Shown: one piece after another, positions 1 to 10,180 of the stretch | How positions within the stretch are numbered: position 1 is the stretch's first letter | Layout of the letters: each line of letters starts with the position of its first letter | Origin: Chloroflexota bacterium | Lineage (GTDB): Bacteria; Chloroflexota; Dehalococcoidia; Lucifugimonadales; UBA2985 | Length of the DNA stretch: 64,000 bases | Assembly: GCA_027622595.1 (NCBI GenBank) | Contig: JAQBZZ010000005.1 | Coordinates: 82 to 64,081, forward strand | Reading direction: 5' to 3' | The notes under the pieces: generated by a model | Told to the model about the DNA's origin: nothing | The model's input: the letters and a program-made list of their open reading frames with translations, nothing else | Database searches by the model: none | Position numbers and translations under genes: made by a program

Positions 1-206
1 TTGCTGTGAGTATGACGGTTGGACTGGTGGTGGGGGCAGGCATTCATGGCCTTATAAGAGGTGCTTTCGAGGGACCTAATGCTCCTCTTCAGCCTTCACT
101 ACCAATCGTCATCGGGGCTTTGCTAATTGGAATAGCTACTGTAGGTGGTATTCTGGGCACCGGGGCTAGCCTGATCGTTAGACATTGGCAGTGGGAGTCA
201 AGCTAA
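1..206 (+). CDS. possible 3' end of a small Gly/Ala-rich membrane protein (frame open at window edge)
   Basis: Frame of ORF 6..206 has no stop back to base 3. Product is two hydrophobic Gly/Ala-rich segments. No family recognised. Confidence 0.25.
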   Translation, partial: AVSMTVGLVVGAGIHGLIRGAFEGPNAPLQPSLPIVIGALLIGIATVGGILGTGASLIVRHWQWESS

Positions 207-256
207 GACCGTAACGTGAGATCGACCCATTGATACCAATGCCATGACTCAAGGTT

Positions 257-1432
257 CTATCCCCCCGCCAGCACCTGGTGGGCCGCCGCGATGCTCGACC
301 CGGAGGCAATCTCCAACCCTTCCCGTGCCAGGAGAACTTCCAGGGCGTGGAGTAGCGTCAGGACGTGGCTGCTCTGCGAGGACTCACCCATGAGGCCGAT
401 GCGCCATATCTTTCCTGCCAGCGGCCCGAACCCTCCGCCTATCTCTATGCCGTACTCTCCAAGAAGGCTGCGCCTCACCCTCGCCTCGTCTATCCCATCG
501 GGGACAAGCGCCGCGGTCAGCGGGTTGGCCTGGGAGCCCTTTGCGGCCAAAGGCTGCATGCCAAGGGTTGCAAGCCCTGCTTTAAGGGCATCTGCGTTTC
601 GCTGGTGTCGTTCGTACCTGGCTTCCAGTCCTTCCTCCATCACTATCATGAGGGCCTCCCTCAGGGCGTAGATCATGGACATGGATGCCGTGTGATGATA
701 TGCCCGGTCGGTCAGCCAGTATCGCTCAAGCTGAAGCAGGTCAAGGTAGAAGCTCTGAACAGGAGTCTGGCGCTGCCTCAAGACTTCCACCGCCCTGGGA
801 CTGAGGGTGATAGGGGAGAGCCCTGGGGGTGAGCCGACGCACTTCTGGGTAGCGCTATAGCATATGTCCACGCCCCACTCGTCCACCCGCAGGTCGACTC
901 CGCCAAGCGATGTCACGGCGTCCACAAGGAAGAGGGCATTGTTATTGTGTGCAATCTCGGCCAGGGGAGCCAGGGGTTGGACGACGCCAGTTGATGTCTC
1001 CACGTGCACCACGGCCAGGAGCTTGACCTGTCCAGCGTCCTTCAGGGCCTTCTCTATTTCCATCGGGTCCAGGGTCTTGCCCCACTCAGCGCTCACCGTG
1101 ATCACATTGGCTCCACAGCGTGAAGCGATGTCCGCTATGCGCTGTCCGAAGAGACCGTGAGTGCCGACAACCGCTGTATCGCCCGGCTCCAGCATGTTGA
1201 CCAGGGCTGCTTCCATCCCGGATGTGCCAGTCCCGGAGACAGCCAGAGTGAATTCGTTGGAGGTGCGAAAGACCTGGCGCAGCAGTTCGGTCATCTCGTC
1301 CATCACCTTGAGGAACGTGGGGTCCAAATAGCCCATGAGGGGCAGGGTCATAGCCCTGATTACCCGGGGGCTGACGTTGCTTGGGCCCGGCCCTAGTAGT
1401 AAGCGCTCTCTTGGTTCTGTGAATTGCTGCAT
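257..1432 (-). CDS. class V aminotransferase (serine-pyruvate / alanine-glyoxylate aminotransferase family)
   Basis: 391 aa. N-terminal LLLGPGPSNV and SATQKCVGSPPG (PLP-lysine context) are typical of the family. Confidence 0.85.
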   Translation of the reverse strand: MQQFTEPRERLLLGPGPSNVSPRVIRAMTLPLMGYLDPTFLKVMDEMTELLRQVFRTSNEFTLAVSGTGTSGMEAALVNMLEPGDTAVVGTHGLFGQRIADIASRCGANVITVSAEWGKTLDPMEIEKALKDAGQVKLLAVVHVETSTGVVQPLAPLAEIAHNNNALFLVDAVTSLGGVDLRVDEWGVDICYSATQKCVGSPPGLSPITLSPRAVEVLRQRQTPVQSFYLDLLQLERYWLTDRAYHHTASMSMIYALREALMIVMEEGLEARYERHQRNADALKAGLATLGMQPLAAKGSQANPLTAALVPDGIDEARVRRSLLGEYGIEIGGGFGPLAGKIWRIGLMGESSQSSHVLTLLHALEVLLAREGLEIASGSSIAAAHQVLAGG

Positions 1433-1672
1433 CTCGTCTTACGTCCTTCCTGTGGTTTTGTCGGTCATTGTCAACTGGCGTGAGGCTTGCTAGCGGCCTA
1501 TGCCGCCGCCCATTTACAGCTATCCCATTCTAGCACACCACATCAACGGCCTCGCGCGGGGAAAAGCGTCTTAGTTCCCGGGACGCTCCAGTGGATGGAT
1601 AGAGGGCAATGGAGAAACGGACCCTACCCTGTATATGCGTTATGGGTGTAGGATTGCCCCTTGCTTTCGTAG

Positions 1673-1678
1673 TATAAT
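1673..1678 (+). promoter_or_regulatory. -10 box TATAAT upstream of the 1710 ORF
   Basis: Perfect TATAAT 32 nt before the TTG start at 1710. No convincing -35. Confidence 0.3.
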
Positions 1679-1709
1679 GATGCGCAAGACTTGAGCGAAG
1701 AGGCTAAAT

Positions 1710-2447
1710 TTGGAACTGTATTTCGAGCGTGGAACAAAGGAAACTCCAAAAGGGCATGCCCTGGTGTACTTCCGCCAGAAGTATGACCCTGAGTCGGTGC
1801 TGGCCACCTACGTAATTGCACTGCCAATCAAGGTGGACGTGTCCAAGTACATTCCACCCATGTTTGCCAACCAGATGCAGGGTATGAGTTCTGAGAGCCT
1901 CGCTGGATTTGCATTCCCACCTATTCCGGAGAAGGTCGATTGCCTTGACCAGATTAGACACCTGGCTGAGACCAGGGACGACGACCTCATTGACGGTGGC
2001 ACCGGCGACTCCAACGATCCTATGGACATGATGCAGGTGGTCAGTGATCTGCAGCAGGAATACTCTCGCCTGTGGGAGCAGTCCCTGGAGACACTGGTTC
2101 TACCCGAAGCGCCCTCGGTGAATGAGTTCATCTACGAACTTATGGGGGAGCCGGACAAGCTGAGCGAGCTCTCCAAACTGGTGGGCAAGCTGCGATTCGC
2201 CGCCGAAGGTTCAGACCCACGCCTGATGAAGGAGACCGAGGACGAGATATCTACCCTGGCCAAATATCTGCCGGAACACTACTGGATACCGAGGCTCATT
2301 CAGACTACGGAGATGCCTGTGGCATCGGCAGCCATGCTGGCCCAGCTCTACCTGGAACGTTGCTATAAGCTCTTTGAAGAGGACTACCGTCGGTTGCAAG
2401 AGGTGGAGCAGGAAATCCAACGTATGGAGAAAAACCTGGAGTCCTGA
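1710..2447 (+). CDS. hypothetical protein, 245 aa
   Basis: Long ORF with TTG start, purine-rich GAAGAGG upstream and a coiled-coil-like acidic C-terminus. No family recognised. Confidence 0.6.
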   Translation: MELYFERGTKETPKGHALVYFRQKYDPESVLATYVIALPIKVDVSKYIPPMFANQMQGMSSESLAGFAFPPIPEKVDCLDQIRHLAETRDDDLIDGGTGDSNDPMDMMQVVSDLQQEYSRLWEQSLETLVLPEAPSVNEFIYELMGEPDKLSELSKLVGKLRFAAEGSDPRLMKETEDEISTLAKYLPEHYWIPRLIQTTEMPVASAAMLAQLYLERCYKLFEEDYRRLQEVEQEIQRMEKNLES

Positions 2448-2490
2448 GGCCACACTATTTGGTGGCTTGCTCTCCCAAGCTAAACTTCCC

Positions 2491-2519
2491 TTTCCAAGCA
2501 GTTCCTCGTTTGCTATAAT
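2491..2519 (+). promoter_or_regulatory. sigma-70-type promoter for purA (TTTCCA-17-TGcTATAAT)
   Basis: Extended -10 TGCTATAAT at 2511-2519, with a 4/6 -35 at 2491-2496 and a 17-nt spacer. About 45 nt upstream of the purA ATG. Confidence 0.45.
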
Positions 2520-2564
2520 CTCCACGGTTTGTGTCAGTAACCTGCACTCTGTGAAAGGTATGAT

Positions 2565-3854
2565 ATGCCTGCTTATGCCATAATCGGAGGTCAGTGGGGA
2601 GATGAGGGTAAAGGGAAGGTGGTAGACTTTCTCTCGGGCGAAGCCGATATCGTCGCCCGTTTCAACGGCGGCAACAACGCCGGCCACACCGTCATCACCG
2701 ACTTGGGAGAGTTCAAGTTCCACTCGATTCCGGTGGGCATCTTGAGGCCTTCGACCACCTGCATCATCGGCAACGGAGTGGTGGTAAACCCGGACGCCTT
2801 TCTTGAAGAGATTTATAGCCTTCAGGCAAGGTCAGTGGATGTGAGCCGCCTGTGCATCAGCGATAGGGCTCATGTGATCATGCCATACCACACTATGCTG
2901 GACCGCCTGGAAGAGGGCATTCGGGCAGAGGGTGGGGGAGCCTTGGGCACCACAGGCATGGGGATCGGCCCGGCCTACATGGACAAGGCCGCACGGACAG
3001 GCATACGCATGGTTGACCTTCTGGATGAGAAAGCGCTTCTAACCAGGCTCAGCTTCGTGCTTGAGCAGAAGAACGCACTGATAACAAAGCTCTACGTGGG
3101 AGAGCCCCTCTCCCTGGATGAGACCTACGAGAAGTGCAGGGTGTGGGGAAGGGAACTCAAGGACTACATCAAGCCCGTGGAACCGATACTACAGGAGGCA
3201 TTGGCCGCAGGCAAGCGTATTATCCTGGAGGGCGCTCAGGGCGCTATGTTGGACATTGACCACGGAACCTATCCCTATGTTACCTCCTCTTCGTCCACCG
3301 TGGGAGGGGCATGTACCGGCCTCGGCATCAGTCCCAAACACATCAAGGAGATAGCGGGTGTCTACAAGGCCTACACCACCAGAGTCGGGACAGGCCCACT
3401 CCCTACGGAGTTGAATGATGAAATAGGGGACTTCATTCGGAAGAGGGCCTGGGAGTACGGCACCACCACAGGACGCCCACGCCGTTGTGGCTGGTTTGAC
3501 GCGGTGGCCGCACGATACTCCGTTGACATAAATGGTATAACCTCGGCCGTAATTACCCGGTTGGATGTGCTGGACGGCATTTCACCCATCAGGGTCTGTG
3601 TGGCTTATCGCTTGAATGGCGAGATAATCAATCGGTTTCCAACCAACGCTTCTACATTGGAGGCGTGTGAGCCGGTGTACGAAGACCTTCCCGGATGGGA
3701 AAAACCAACTGCCAGCGCTCGCAACATCGCCGACCTTCCCCAGGAGGCGGTAAACTACGTGGAACGACTGGAGCAGCTCATGGGCTGCTCCATTGACGTG
3801 ATCTCCACCGGCCCTGGACGCGACGAAGCCATCATCGTCAGGTCCATGTTTTAA
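2565..3854 (+). CDS. purA: adenylosuccinate synthetase
   Basis: 429 aa. Motifs GGQWGDEGKGK, GTTGMGIGPAY and TTTGRPRRCGW. Confidence 0.95.
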   Translation: MPAYAIIGGQWGDEGKGKVVDFLSGEADIVARFNGGNNAGHTVITDLGEFKFHSIPVGILRPSTTCIIGNGVVVNPDAFLEEIYSLQARSVDVSRLCISDRAHVIMPYHTMLDRLEEGIRAEGGGALGTTGMGIGPAYMDKAARTGIRMVDLLDEKALLTRLSFVLEQKNALITKLYVGEPLSLDETYEKCRVWGRELKDYIKPVEPILQEALAAGKRIILEGAQGAMLDIDHGTYPYVTSSSSTVGGACTGLGISPKHIKEIAGVYKAYTTRVGTGPLPTELNDEIGDFIRKRAWEYGTTTGRPRRCGWFDAVAARYSVDINGITSAVITRLDVLDGISPIRVCVAYRLNGEIINRFPTNASTLEACEPVYEDLPGWEKPTASARNIADLPQEAVNYVERLEQLMGCSIDVISTGPGRDEAIIVRSMF

Positions 3855-4291
3855 GGGGAGCTTCTCAGGGCTGGTAGGGGTCTTGTTGCAATGCCACGGC
3901 TGCCACGGTACAATTCAGATATAGGTTGGACTATAGGAACACCGATATGAAGGTTCCAATCTTAGACAAAGCCCTGGCCGTGTTGTCCTTTCTGAATGGG
4001 GACGGTGCATGGCGTGGTACCCTGGCGTACCAGCAGACCATGCACCGTACTGACATGGCTACGCTTCGCCGAATCAACTTACGTTGAGACGATGAAGATA
4101 TGGCCGTGGGTGCCATATACGAGTTGTCGGGGCGAATGCCAAAGAGTCTGTAGCTGTGCCCTCTCCGGTCTTCTGACGCGCGCTGGTCTTCATTTTCCTC
4201 TTCGGTTGCCCTTGCCCCCAGGCTTGCAAACATAACAGACGCTCTTGGTGTGACCGCTTGTGTGCCAGGGAAGTGTACGCGGCGTGCTGCT

Positions 4292-4876
4292 TCAGCCCAA
4301 CCCGAAGAACCTTAGCGCCCCTTCGATTCCATAGAAGCAGGCGTATGCGATGGTCAGGGACTTTACCAGCTTTCCTGCCCACACCGCCACAAGGAACCGC
4401 CATATCGGGTACTTGAGTGTACCGGCGGCTATACCTATCAGGTCAAACATGGGGTTGGGGATCGAAGATGCCAGCGCGAGAGCAATCCATCCTCGGCGCT
4501 GCATCCACCGCTCTATGCGTGGATAGAAGCGGTTGTTCTCCGCAAAGCCACGGCCGCTGAAACCTATCATGTAGCCCGATAACTCTCCCAGGGCTTCTGC
4601 CACCGACGCAAGAAGGGCCACCCACAATGGGAACAGGCCCAGTAGGCCGGGGCCTGCGCATACGGCCGCTATACCCGGTACGGGAACCAGGATAGAGGCG
4701 CTGCCAACGAAGCTGAGCACAAAGACCCCCAGGTATCCAATTGATTGGTAGTGGGGGAGTTGGTCCCTGAGGAGAACTATGACAGTGATCAGCGTCAGTA
4801 CAAGAACTATGGAAAGCGACTTGAGTACCCTCTCGTCCTTCCACGGCTTATAGGCTGGCGCTTTCTTTCTATACAT
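4292..4876 (-). CDS. VTT/DedA-type (YqaA-like) membrane protein
   Basis: 194 aa with multiple TM segments. YLGVFVLSFVGSASILVPVPG resembles the VTT-domain motif. Confidence 0.7.
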   Translation of the reverse strand: MYRKKAPAYKPWKDERVLKSLSIVLVLTLITVIVLLRDQLPHYQSIGYLGVFVLSFVGSASILVPVPGIAAVCAGPGLLGLFPLWVALLASVAEALGELSGYMIGFSGRGFAENNRFYPRIERWMQRRGWIALALASSIPNPMFDLIGIAAGTLKYPIWRFLVAVWAGKLVKSLTIAYACFYGIEGALRFFGLG

Positions 4877-4917
4877 ACCTGTATTCCAAGTGATCCATAA
4901 CTATCGTGGGGAAACGT

Positions 4918-5742
4918 CTATTCTTCATCCAAGAAATCCAGGACCAACTGGTTGAACTCCGCACTCTTCTCCATCTGGGGCCAGTGACCACATTGGTCAA
5001 AGACGCAGAGCTTCACCCTTGGCGCATCTCTGGCAGCGTTGTAGGCATGGTGGACCGGAATTATCCTGTCCTGGGCACCCCAGACTATTAATACCGGGAT
5101 GTTGAGGTGCTTTAGATTTTCAGTCATTATCCATTTCTTATGCACTCCACGCAAGCCAACTGCGCCACGTACCATTTTTAGCGCCGCTTGTTTGGCCCCG
5201 GGCAGTCTTCTTGTGCGGTATATTTCCTGGAGAAATCCGTCCTGAATAAGGCCGTGATCGTAGAAGATATTCTTGAGGGATGCCCTGGTTCCCCGAAGTG
5301 AAGGGCTCTCCATTATCTCTCCCACCAGGGGCAGGCTCATCACTCGCACCAACCATGTCACCTCCCTCCCAAGGCCAGCGGCATCCACCAGCACCAGCTT
5401 CTCCACCCGGTCAGGAAAGTCCAGCGCTGTCCGCAGGGCTATCATTCCTCCCATGGAGCAGCCTGCCAGAGATGCCCGTTCGATTCCCAGCGCGTCCATA
5501 AACCGTCGGATAAATTGCGCTCCCGCGGGCACTCCATAGTCTATGTCCGGCTTATCCGAGTCTCCGCGGCCTGGAAAATCCAGCGCGTATACGGTGTACT
5601 TTTGGGATAGAGGCTCTATGTTGGGAGCCCAGGCTATTAGGTTTGAGATGAGACCGTGTAGCAGCAGGAGCGGAGGTCCCCATCCTGCTGCTACGTAGTG
5701 AGTTCGAATTCCGTCTACTGTTACAAAGCGATGTTCTGACAA
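4918..5742 (-). CDS. alpha/beta-fold hydrolase
   Basis: 274 aa. LLLLHGLISN oxyanion region, nucleophile elbow GCSMGG, C-terminal CGHWPQ histidine. Confidence 0.85.
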   Translation of the reverse strand: MSEHRFVTVDGIRTHYVAAGWGPPLLLLHGLISNLIAWAPNIEPLSQKYTVYALDFPGRGDSDKPDIDYGVPAGAQFIRRFMDALGIERASLAGCSMGGMIALRTALDFPDRVEKLVLVDAAGLGREVTWLVRVMSLPLVGEIMESPSLRGTRASLKNIFYDHGLIQDGFLQEIYRTRRLPGAKQAALKMVRGAVGLRGVHKKWIMTENLKHLNIPVLIVWGAQDRIIPVHHAYNAARDAPRVKLCVFDQCGHWPQMEKSAEFNQLVLDFLDEE

Positions 5743-5764
5743 GAGGTCTTTCGTCGGCTATACG

Positions 5765-8212
5765 CTATACCGGGGCTTCTATGGGCGCATCCGCCCGAGA
5801 ATAGGTCAGTCCTTCCGGTGTTGTCTCCACCATTACCACGTCGCCTTCCTTGAACTCCCCGGCCAGTATGCGGGTGGAGAGGGGGTTCTCCACGTATCGC
5901 TGTACCGCTCTGCGTAGAGGTCTGGCCCCGTATATAGGATCAAATCCCTCCTTGGCCAGCCAGTCTTTGGCGTCATCCGAAATCTCTATCCCGATTCCTC
6001 GCTCGTCCAGGCGGTTGCGCACTTCACCCACCATGAGGTCCACGATCTGCTTTATCTCTTCATGGCTCAGAGACTCGAAAATGACGATCTCATCAATGCG
6101 GTTGAGCAGCTCCGGCCTGAAAGTCTTCTTCAGGGCATCCTCTATGGATGAACGCATTCGCTCCTGCTCCGTGATGGAGTCTCCGTCTCTTCGGAACCCG
6201 ATGCCCTGCCGTCCCACCTCTCCTGTGCCGAGGTTGCTGGTCATTATAACCAGGGTGTTCCGGAAGTCCACCGTGCGACCGTGCCCATCGGTGAGACGGC
6301 CATCCTCCAGTATCTGGAGGAGGATATTGAATACGTCCGGGTGGGCCTCCTCTATCTCATCGAAGAGTATCACGCGGAACGGTCGTCTTCGGACGGCCTC
6401 TGTTAGCTGACCGCCTTCCTCGTACCCGATGTATCCGGGGGGCGACCCGATGAGACGGGACACCGTGTGCTTCTCCATGTACTCCGACATGTCGATGCGC
6501 ACCATGTTCTCCTCGTTGTCAAACAGGAACTGGGCGAGCGCCCGGGCCAGTTCGGATTTCCCCACACCAGTTGGGCCCAAGAAAATGAAGCTGCCGATGG
6601 GCCTCTTTGGGTCCTTCAGTCCCGCTCGAGAGCGACGAGTGGCCTCGGAGACCACTCGTATAGCGGCGTCCTGGCCTATGATTCGCTGGTGGAGGCTCTC
6701 CTCCATGTGCAGCAGCCTCTCGGCCTCTCCTTCCAGCATCTGGCTAACCGGTATGCCCGTCCATTGGGCAACCAGACGGCCAATGTCCTCTTCATCAACC
6801 ACCATGTCAATCTTATGCTCCTTGAGCCACTGCTCGCGGGCGGAGTTGTACTCCTGTTCAAGACCAAGCCGTTCTGTTCTGAATCCCGCCGCGCCCTGAT
6901 AGTCCGCCCGCTGAGAAGCCGCCTCTTCCTGGTTCTCCAACTGTCGAACGCGGTCCTCCTGCTCCTTCAGTTCCTTCGGCAGGCTCTCCGCGTCGATCCG
7001 TAGTTTGCTGGCGGCCTCGTCTATCAGGTCGACTGCCTTGTCGGGCAGGTGACGCTCCGTGATGTATCGATGGCTCAGCTTCACCGCAGCCACCAGGGCC
7101 GACTCCTCGATCTTGACCTTGTGGTGGGCCTCATAGCGCGGGCAAAGCGCTCGGAGCATCTCTATGGCCGTCTCCACGTCAGGCTCCTCCACGTATATGG
7201 GCTGAAAGCGCCGCTCAAGGGCAGCGTCCTTCTCTATGTGCTGTCGGTACTCGTTTATGGTGGTGGCCCCTATGCACTGAAGCTCTCCACGGGCCAGGGC
7301 AGGCTTCATCAGGTTGCTGGCGTCGATGGCCCCCTCAGCCGCTCCTGCGCCGACCACCGTGTGGATTTCGTCTATGAACAGGATAACTTCACCCTGAGCC
7401 TGTTTGACCTCGTCTATGACACTCTTCAGACGCTCCTCGAACTCGCCCCTGAACTTGCTTCCTGCGACCAGTGCGCCCATGTCAAGGGCCAGCAGCCGAC
7501 GGTCCCTGAGAACCTGCGGCACGTCGCCTGAGACGATACGCTGTGCCAGCCCTTCGGCGATGGCCGTCTTTCCGACGCCTGCCTCGCCTATGATGACCGG
7601 GTTGTTCTTGGTGCGGCGGGTGATGGTCTGCATGACCCGCTTCACCTCTTCGTCCCTGCCTATGATGGGGTCGAGCTTGCCCTCTCGGGCCAGGGCGGTG
7701 AGGTCTATGCTGTACTTTTCCAGAGAGCGATAGCGGTTCTCGGCACGCTGGTCGGTGACGCGATGTCCGCCCCTTACCGGAGCGAGTGCCTTATAGACCT
7801 TCTCCTGGTCAACGCCGAACTCCTTGAGGATATGCGGGGCGTCCCCCTGAGGTTCCTGTGTCACAGCGATGAGCAAGTGCTCGGCGCCGATGAACTCGTC
7901 CTTGAACCGCTCGGCTTCAGCCTTGGCGTTCTCAAGGAGCCGGGTGGCCCTTGGAGTGACGTAGACCTGGGCAGCCTCGTAGGCCGTCTTTGGGGTCTGC
8001 TCCAGTGCCTCCTCCACGCGCTGCTTCATCGCGTCCACAGGCACGCCCAGTTGCCGTAGGACCTCAACGGGAACCCCCTTCTCCAACTCCAGCAGGGCCA
8101 ACAGGACGTGCTCCACGTCCCACTGGTTGTGGTTATACCGTCGAATTATTTCCTGGGATAGGGCCAGGACTTCTTGCCCCTGCTCTGTGAAATTATCCGG
8201 TTTGAGAACCAT
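5765..8212 (-). CDS. clpC: AAA+ Hsp100 chaperone, ClpC type
   Basis: 815 aa from ATG 8212, with a GGAGGAAGAGG SD 8 nt upstream; the track start at 8227 is TTG. Double Clp_N, Walker A GEAGVGKT and GPTGVGKS, and a short UVR-like middle domain. The IGF loop (RQGIGFRRD) resembles that of ClpP-docking ClpC. Confidence 0.85.
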   Translation of the reverse strand: MVLKPDNFTEQGQEVLALSQEIIRRYNHNQWDVEHVLLALLELEKGVPVEVLRQLGVPVDAMKQRVEEALEQTPKTAYEAAQVYVTPRATRLLENAKAEAERFKDEFIGAEHLLIAVTQEPQGDAPHILKEFGVDQEKVYKALAPVRGGHRVTDQRAENRYRSLEKYSIDLTALAREGKLDPIIGRDEEVKRVMQTITRRTKNNPVIIGEAGVGKTAIAEGLAQRIVSGDVPQVLRDRRLLALDMGALVAGSKFRGEFEERLKSVIDEVKQAQGEVILFIDEIHTVVGAGAAEGAIDASNLMKPALARGELQCIGATTINEYRQHIEKDAALERRFQPIYVEEPDVETAIEMLRALCPRYEAHHKVKIEESALVAAVKLSHRYITERHLPDKAVDLIDEAASKLRIDAESLPKELKEQEDRVRQLENQEEAASQRADYQGAAGFRTERLGLEQEYNSAREQWLKEHKIDMVVDEEDIGRLVAQWTGIPVSQMLEGEAERLLHMEESLHQRIIGQDAAIRVVSEATRRSRAGLKDPKRPIGSFIFLGPTGVGKSELARALAQFLFDNEENMVRIDMSEYMEKHTVSRLIGSPPGYIGYEEGGQLTEAVRRRPFRVILFDEIEEAHPDVFNILLQILEDGRLTDGHGRTVDFRNTLVIMTSNLGTGEVGRQGIGFRRDGDSITEQERMRSSIEDALKKTFRPELLNRIDEIVIFESLSHEEIKQIVDLMVGEVRNRLDERGIGIEISDDAKDWLAKEGFDPIYGARPLRRAVQRYVENPLSTRILAGEFKEGDVVMVETTPEGLTYSRADAPIEAPV

Positions 8213-8248
8213 TGCCTCTTCCTCCAATTGTTTTAGCTGGCAATTGTT

Positions 8249-8596
8249 TTAGCGGGCCTCTTCATTTGCCCTTCTTGCCTGAACCTGTTCCAACCTCTGC
8301 GTGAGCCGCTTGATCTCCTGCTCCATCTCGGCCATGCGATCCATCAGCTGCATGACCACCTGGACGCCCGCCAGGTTGATACCAAGGTCTTCCGTAAGGG
8401 ACTTGATGCGCCGCAGCTTCTCGATGTCGCGCTGGGAGTACAGGCGTATGTTGCCCCTGGAGCGTGCCGGCTCCAGAAGGCCCTCCCTTTCGTAGTAACG
8501 CAAGGTCTGAGAATGGACACTCAACATACGCGCCACGACGCTTATCACGAAGCAGGGGTCGTCATCGTCCCACGTCTGACTTCTGAATCCAACCAT
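8249..8596 (-). CDS. hspR: MerR-family heat-shock repressor HspR
   Basis: 115 aa. wHTH ISVVARMLSVHSQTLRYYEREGLLEP plus a coiled coil, with an AAGGAG SD. Sits between the J-protein and clp genes, as in HspR operons. Confidence 0.8.
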   Translation of the reverse strand: MVGFRSQTWDDDDPCFVISVVARMLSVHSQTLRYYEREGLLEPARSRGNIRLYSQRDIEKLRRIKSLTEDLGINLAGVQVVMQLMDRMAEMEQEIKRLTQRLEQVQARRANEEAR

Positions 8597-8600
8597 AGGT

Positions 8601-9506
8601 TTACTCCTTGTTGTCGGAGAGAGATCGAAGCTCCTGGAACAGCTCCTTCTCCCTTTCCGATAGATTGGAGGGTATGCTTATTTGGGCTGCGACGAAGATG
8701 CTGCCCCTGGTCTGTGGCGAGTCAAGACGTGGTATTCCCTTCCCTGTTAGACGGAAGGAGCGGCCGTTCTGGGTCTCCGGCGGTATCTTCAAGAGCACCT
8801 TGTCCGTTAGGGTGGATACCTCCACCTCGCCGCCCAGTACGGCGTCCACCAGCGGCACGTTCATCTTGGTGTACAGGTCGTTGCCGCGCCTTTCGAAACG
8901 AGGATGAGGCAGGACTGACACCACCAGGTACAGGTCTTCTCCCGAACTCGTGCCTTCGGACCGCACCCTAATACGGGAGCCGTTGTCGACTCCGGCTGGT
9001 ATCTTGACCTCCAACCGTCGGCCTCCACCCTGGAGACCATTGCCCATCTGGACTACCCTGGTGGTGCCTGCAAAAGCCTCCTCCAGGGTCACTTCCACCG
9101 CTCGCTCAAGTCTCACCCTGCGGCGCGATGTGGTGGCGGTGCGCCCGAAGCCCCTGCCTCCCATGAAATCTCCCAGGATATCGTCCAGGTGTGGAGACCC
9201 CATTCTGGAGGAGGGGTCTCCCTCATTTGTCCACACAAAGTTGCCACCGCCATGCCCTCCGTTGCTCTGAGTGAACTGGTCTGCGTGCTTCCAGTTCTCG
9301 CCAAAGCGGTCATACTTCTTGCGGTTCTCCGGGTTGGACAGCACCTCGTGGGCCTCGTTTATCTCTTTGAAGGCGGCCTCCGCGGCCTTGTCACCGGGGT
9401 TAACGTCCGGGTGGTGCTTGCGCGCCAAACGGCGAAATGCCTGCCGGATCTCTTTCTCCGAAGCGTCCAGTTTTATTCCAAGTATGTCGTAGTAATTCCT
9501 GGCCAT
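8601..9506 (-). CDS. J-domain co-chaperone without zinc finger (CbpA / type II DnaJ-like)
   Basis: The J domain YYDILGI...HPD begins at ATG 9506; the track start at 9566 adds 20 non-conserved aa. Gly-rich linker and two C-terminal beta domains, with no CxxCxGxG repeats. Confidence 0.85.
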   Translation of the reverse strand: MARNYYDILGIKLDASEKEIRQAFRRLARKHHPDVNPGDKAAEAAFKEINEAHEVLSNPENRKKYDRFGENWKHADQFTQSNGGHGGGNFVWTNEGDPSSRMGSPHLDDILGDFMGGRGFGRTATTSRRRVRLERAVEVTLEEAFAGTTRVVQMGNGLQGGGRRLEVKIPAGVDNGSRIRVRSEGTSSGEDLYLVVSVLPHPRFERRGNDLYTKMNVPLVDAVLGGEVEVSTLTDKVLLKIPPETQNGRSFRLTGKGIPRLDSPQTRGSIFVAAQISIPSNLSEREKELFQELRSLSDNKE

Positions 9507-9530
9507 AGCTCTTTTGGTCTCCCGAAGATA

Positions 9531-9559
9531 AGTATAGTATTCTAAACCATAGTTGTCAA
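9531..9559 (-). promoter_or_regulatory. strong sigma-70-type promoter of the J-protein-hspR-clpC operon
   Basis: Minus strand TTGACA (9559-9554), 17 nt, TATACT (9536-9531), just upstream of ATG 9506. Confidence 0.55.
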
Positions 9560-9586
9560 TAAGCATTTGTCATATACTATGAAGAA

Positions 9587-9608
9587 ACTTGACCAAACTG
9601 TGTTAAGT
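9587..9608. promoter_or_regulatory. imperfect inverted repeat, candidate HspR operator
   Basis: ACTTGAC-N8-GTTAAGT with 6/7 complementary bases. Overlaps a TTGACC -35-like box for hsp20. Only loosely resembles the HAIR half-sites CTTGAGT/ACTCAAG. Confidence 0.25.
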
Positions 9609-9685
9609 ATTCTATGCTCGTATTGTGATGATGTGGAGTCGAGGGCAGCACCCGGAGAAAGATTTTTGAAAGGAGGTTCAAGATA

Positions 9686-10159
9686 ATGGTGCTTCGACGT
9701 TGGGAGCCTTTTAGGGAGTTGGTAGGTATGCGCGGGACGGTGGACCGCTTTTTAGAGCATGGGTCTCCGCATCCACATGGGCCGTGGGTAGCTCTCTGGA
9801 GCAATAACACACTGAGTCTGGATGCCTATGAGACTCCGGAGAGTCTGGTGATAAAGGCCGCTGTCCCAGGTGTGAGACCGGAGGATGTCGATGTGACGGT
9901 CACGGGCAATGTCCTCACGATAAAGGGAGAGGCCGGGAGCGAAGGAGAGGTCGAGGAGAGGAGCTATCTCATTAGGGAGCGCAGGTACGGTGCGTTCAGC
10001 CGTACGCTCAACCTTCCAAAGGGCCTGAAGACGGACGAGATAGAGGCTACGTACGGTGAAGGAGTCCTCACTCTGACCATTCCAAAGGCCGAGGACACCA
10101 GACCCAAGGCCGTCAAGGTCAACGTGAAGAATGCCCTTGAGGGCGATAAGGCGGCATAA
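9686..10159 (+). CDS. small heat-shock protein, Hsp20/alpha-crystallin family
   Basis: 157 aa. Alpha-crystallin domain (AFSRTLNLPKGL, GVLTLTIPK). AAGGAGG SD. Confidence 0.9.
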   Translation: MVLRRWEPFRELVGMRGTVDRFLEHGSPHPHGPWVALWSNNTLSLDAYETPESLVIKAAVPGVRPEDVDVTVTGNVLTIKGEAGSEGEVEERSYLIRERRYGAFSRTLNLPKGLKTDEIEATYGEGVLTLTIPKAEDTRPKAVKVNVKNALEGDKAA

Positions 10160-10180
10160 CTCCCTCTTCTAAGTGTGAAT

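Noticed and set aside
3931-4403. Overlapping ORFs 3931..4233(-), 3996..4235(+), 4074..4403(-)
   Set aside because: They are mutually overlapping, Arg/Ser/Cys-rich, lack SD sequences, and one runs into the VTT gene. I treat the gap as non-coding.
5765-8227. Calling the Hsp100 ClpB because it sits in an HspR operon
   Set aside because: The middle domain is short and UVR-like, the length is about 815 aa, and an IGF loop is present. These are ClpC features, and ClpB lacks the ClpP-docking loop.
9567-9685. CIRCE element (TTAGCACTC-N9-GAGTGCTAA) in the heat-shock spacer
   Set aside because: No match to either half-site was found. The locus carries hspR, not hrcA, so only the weak HAIR-like dyad is reported.
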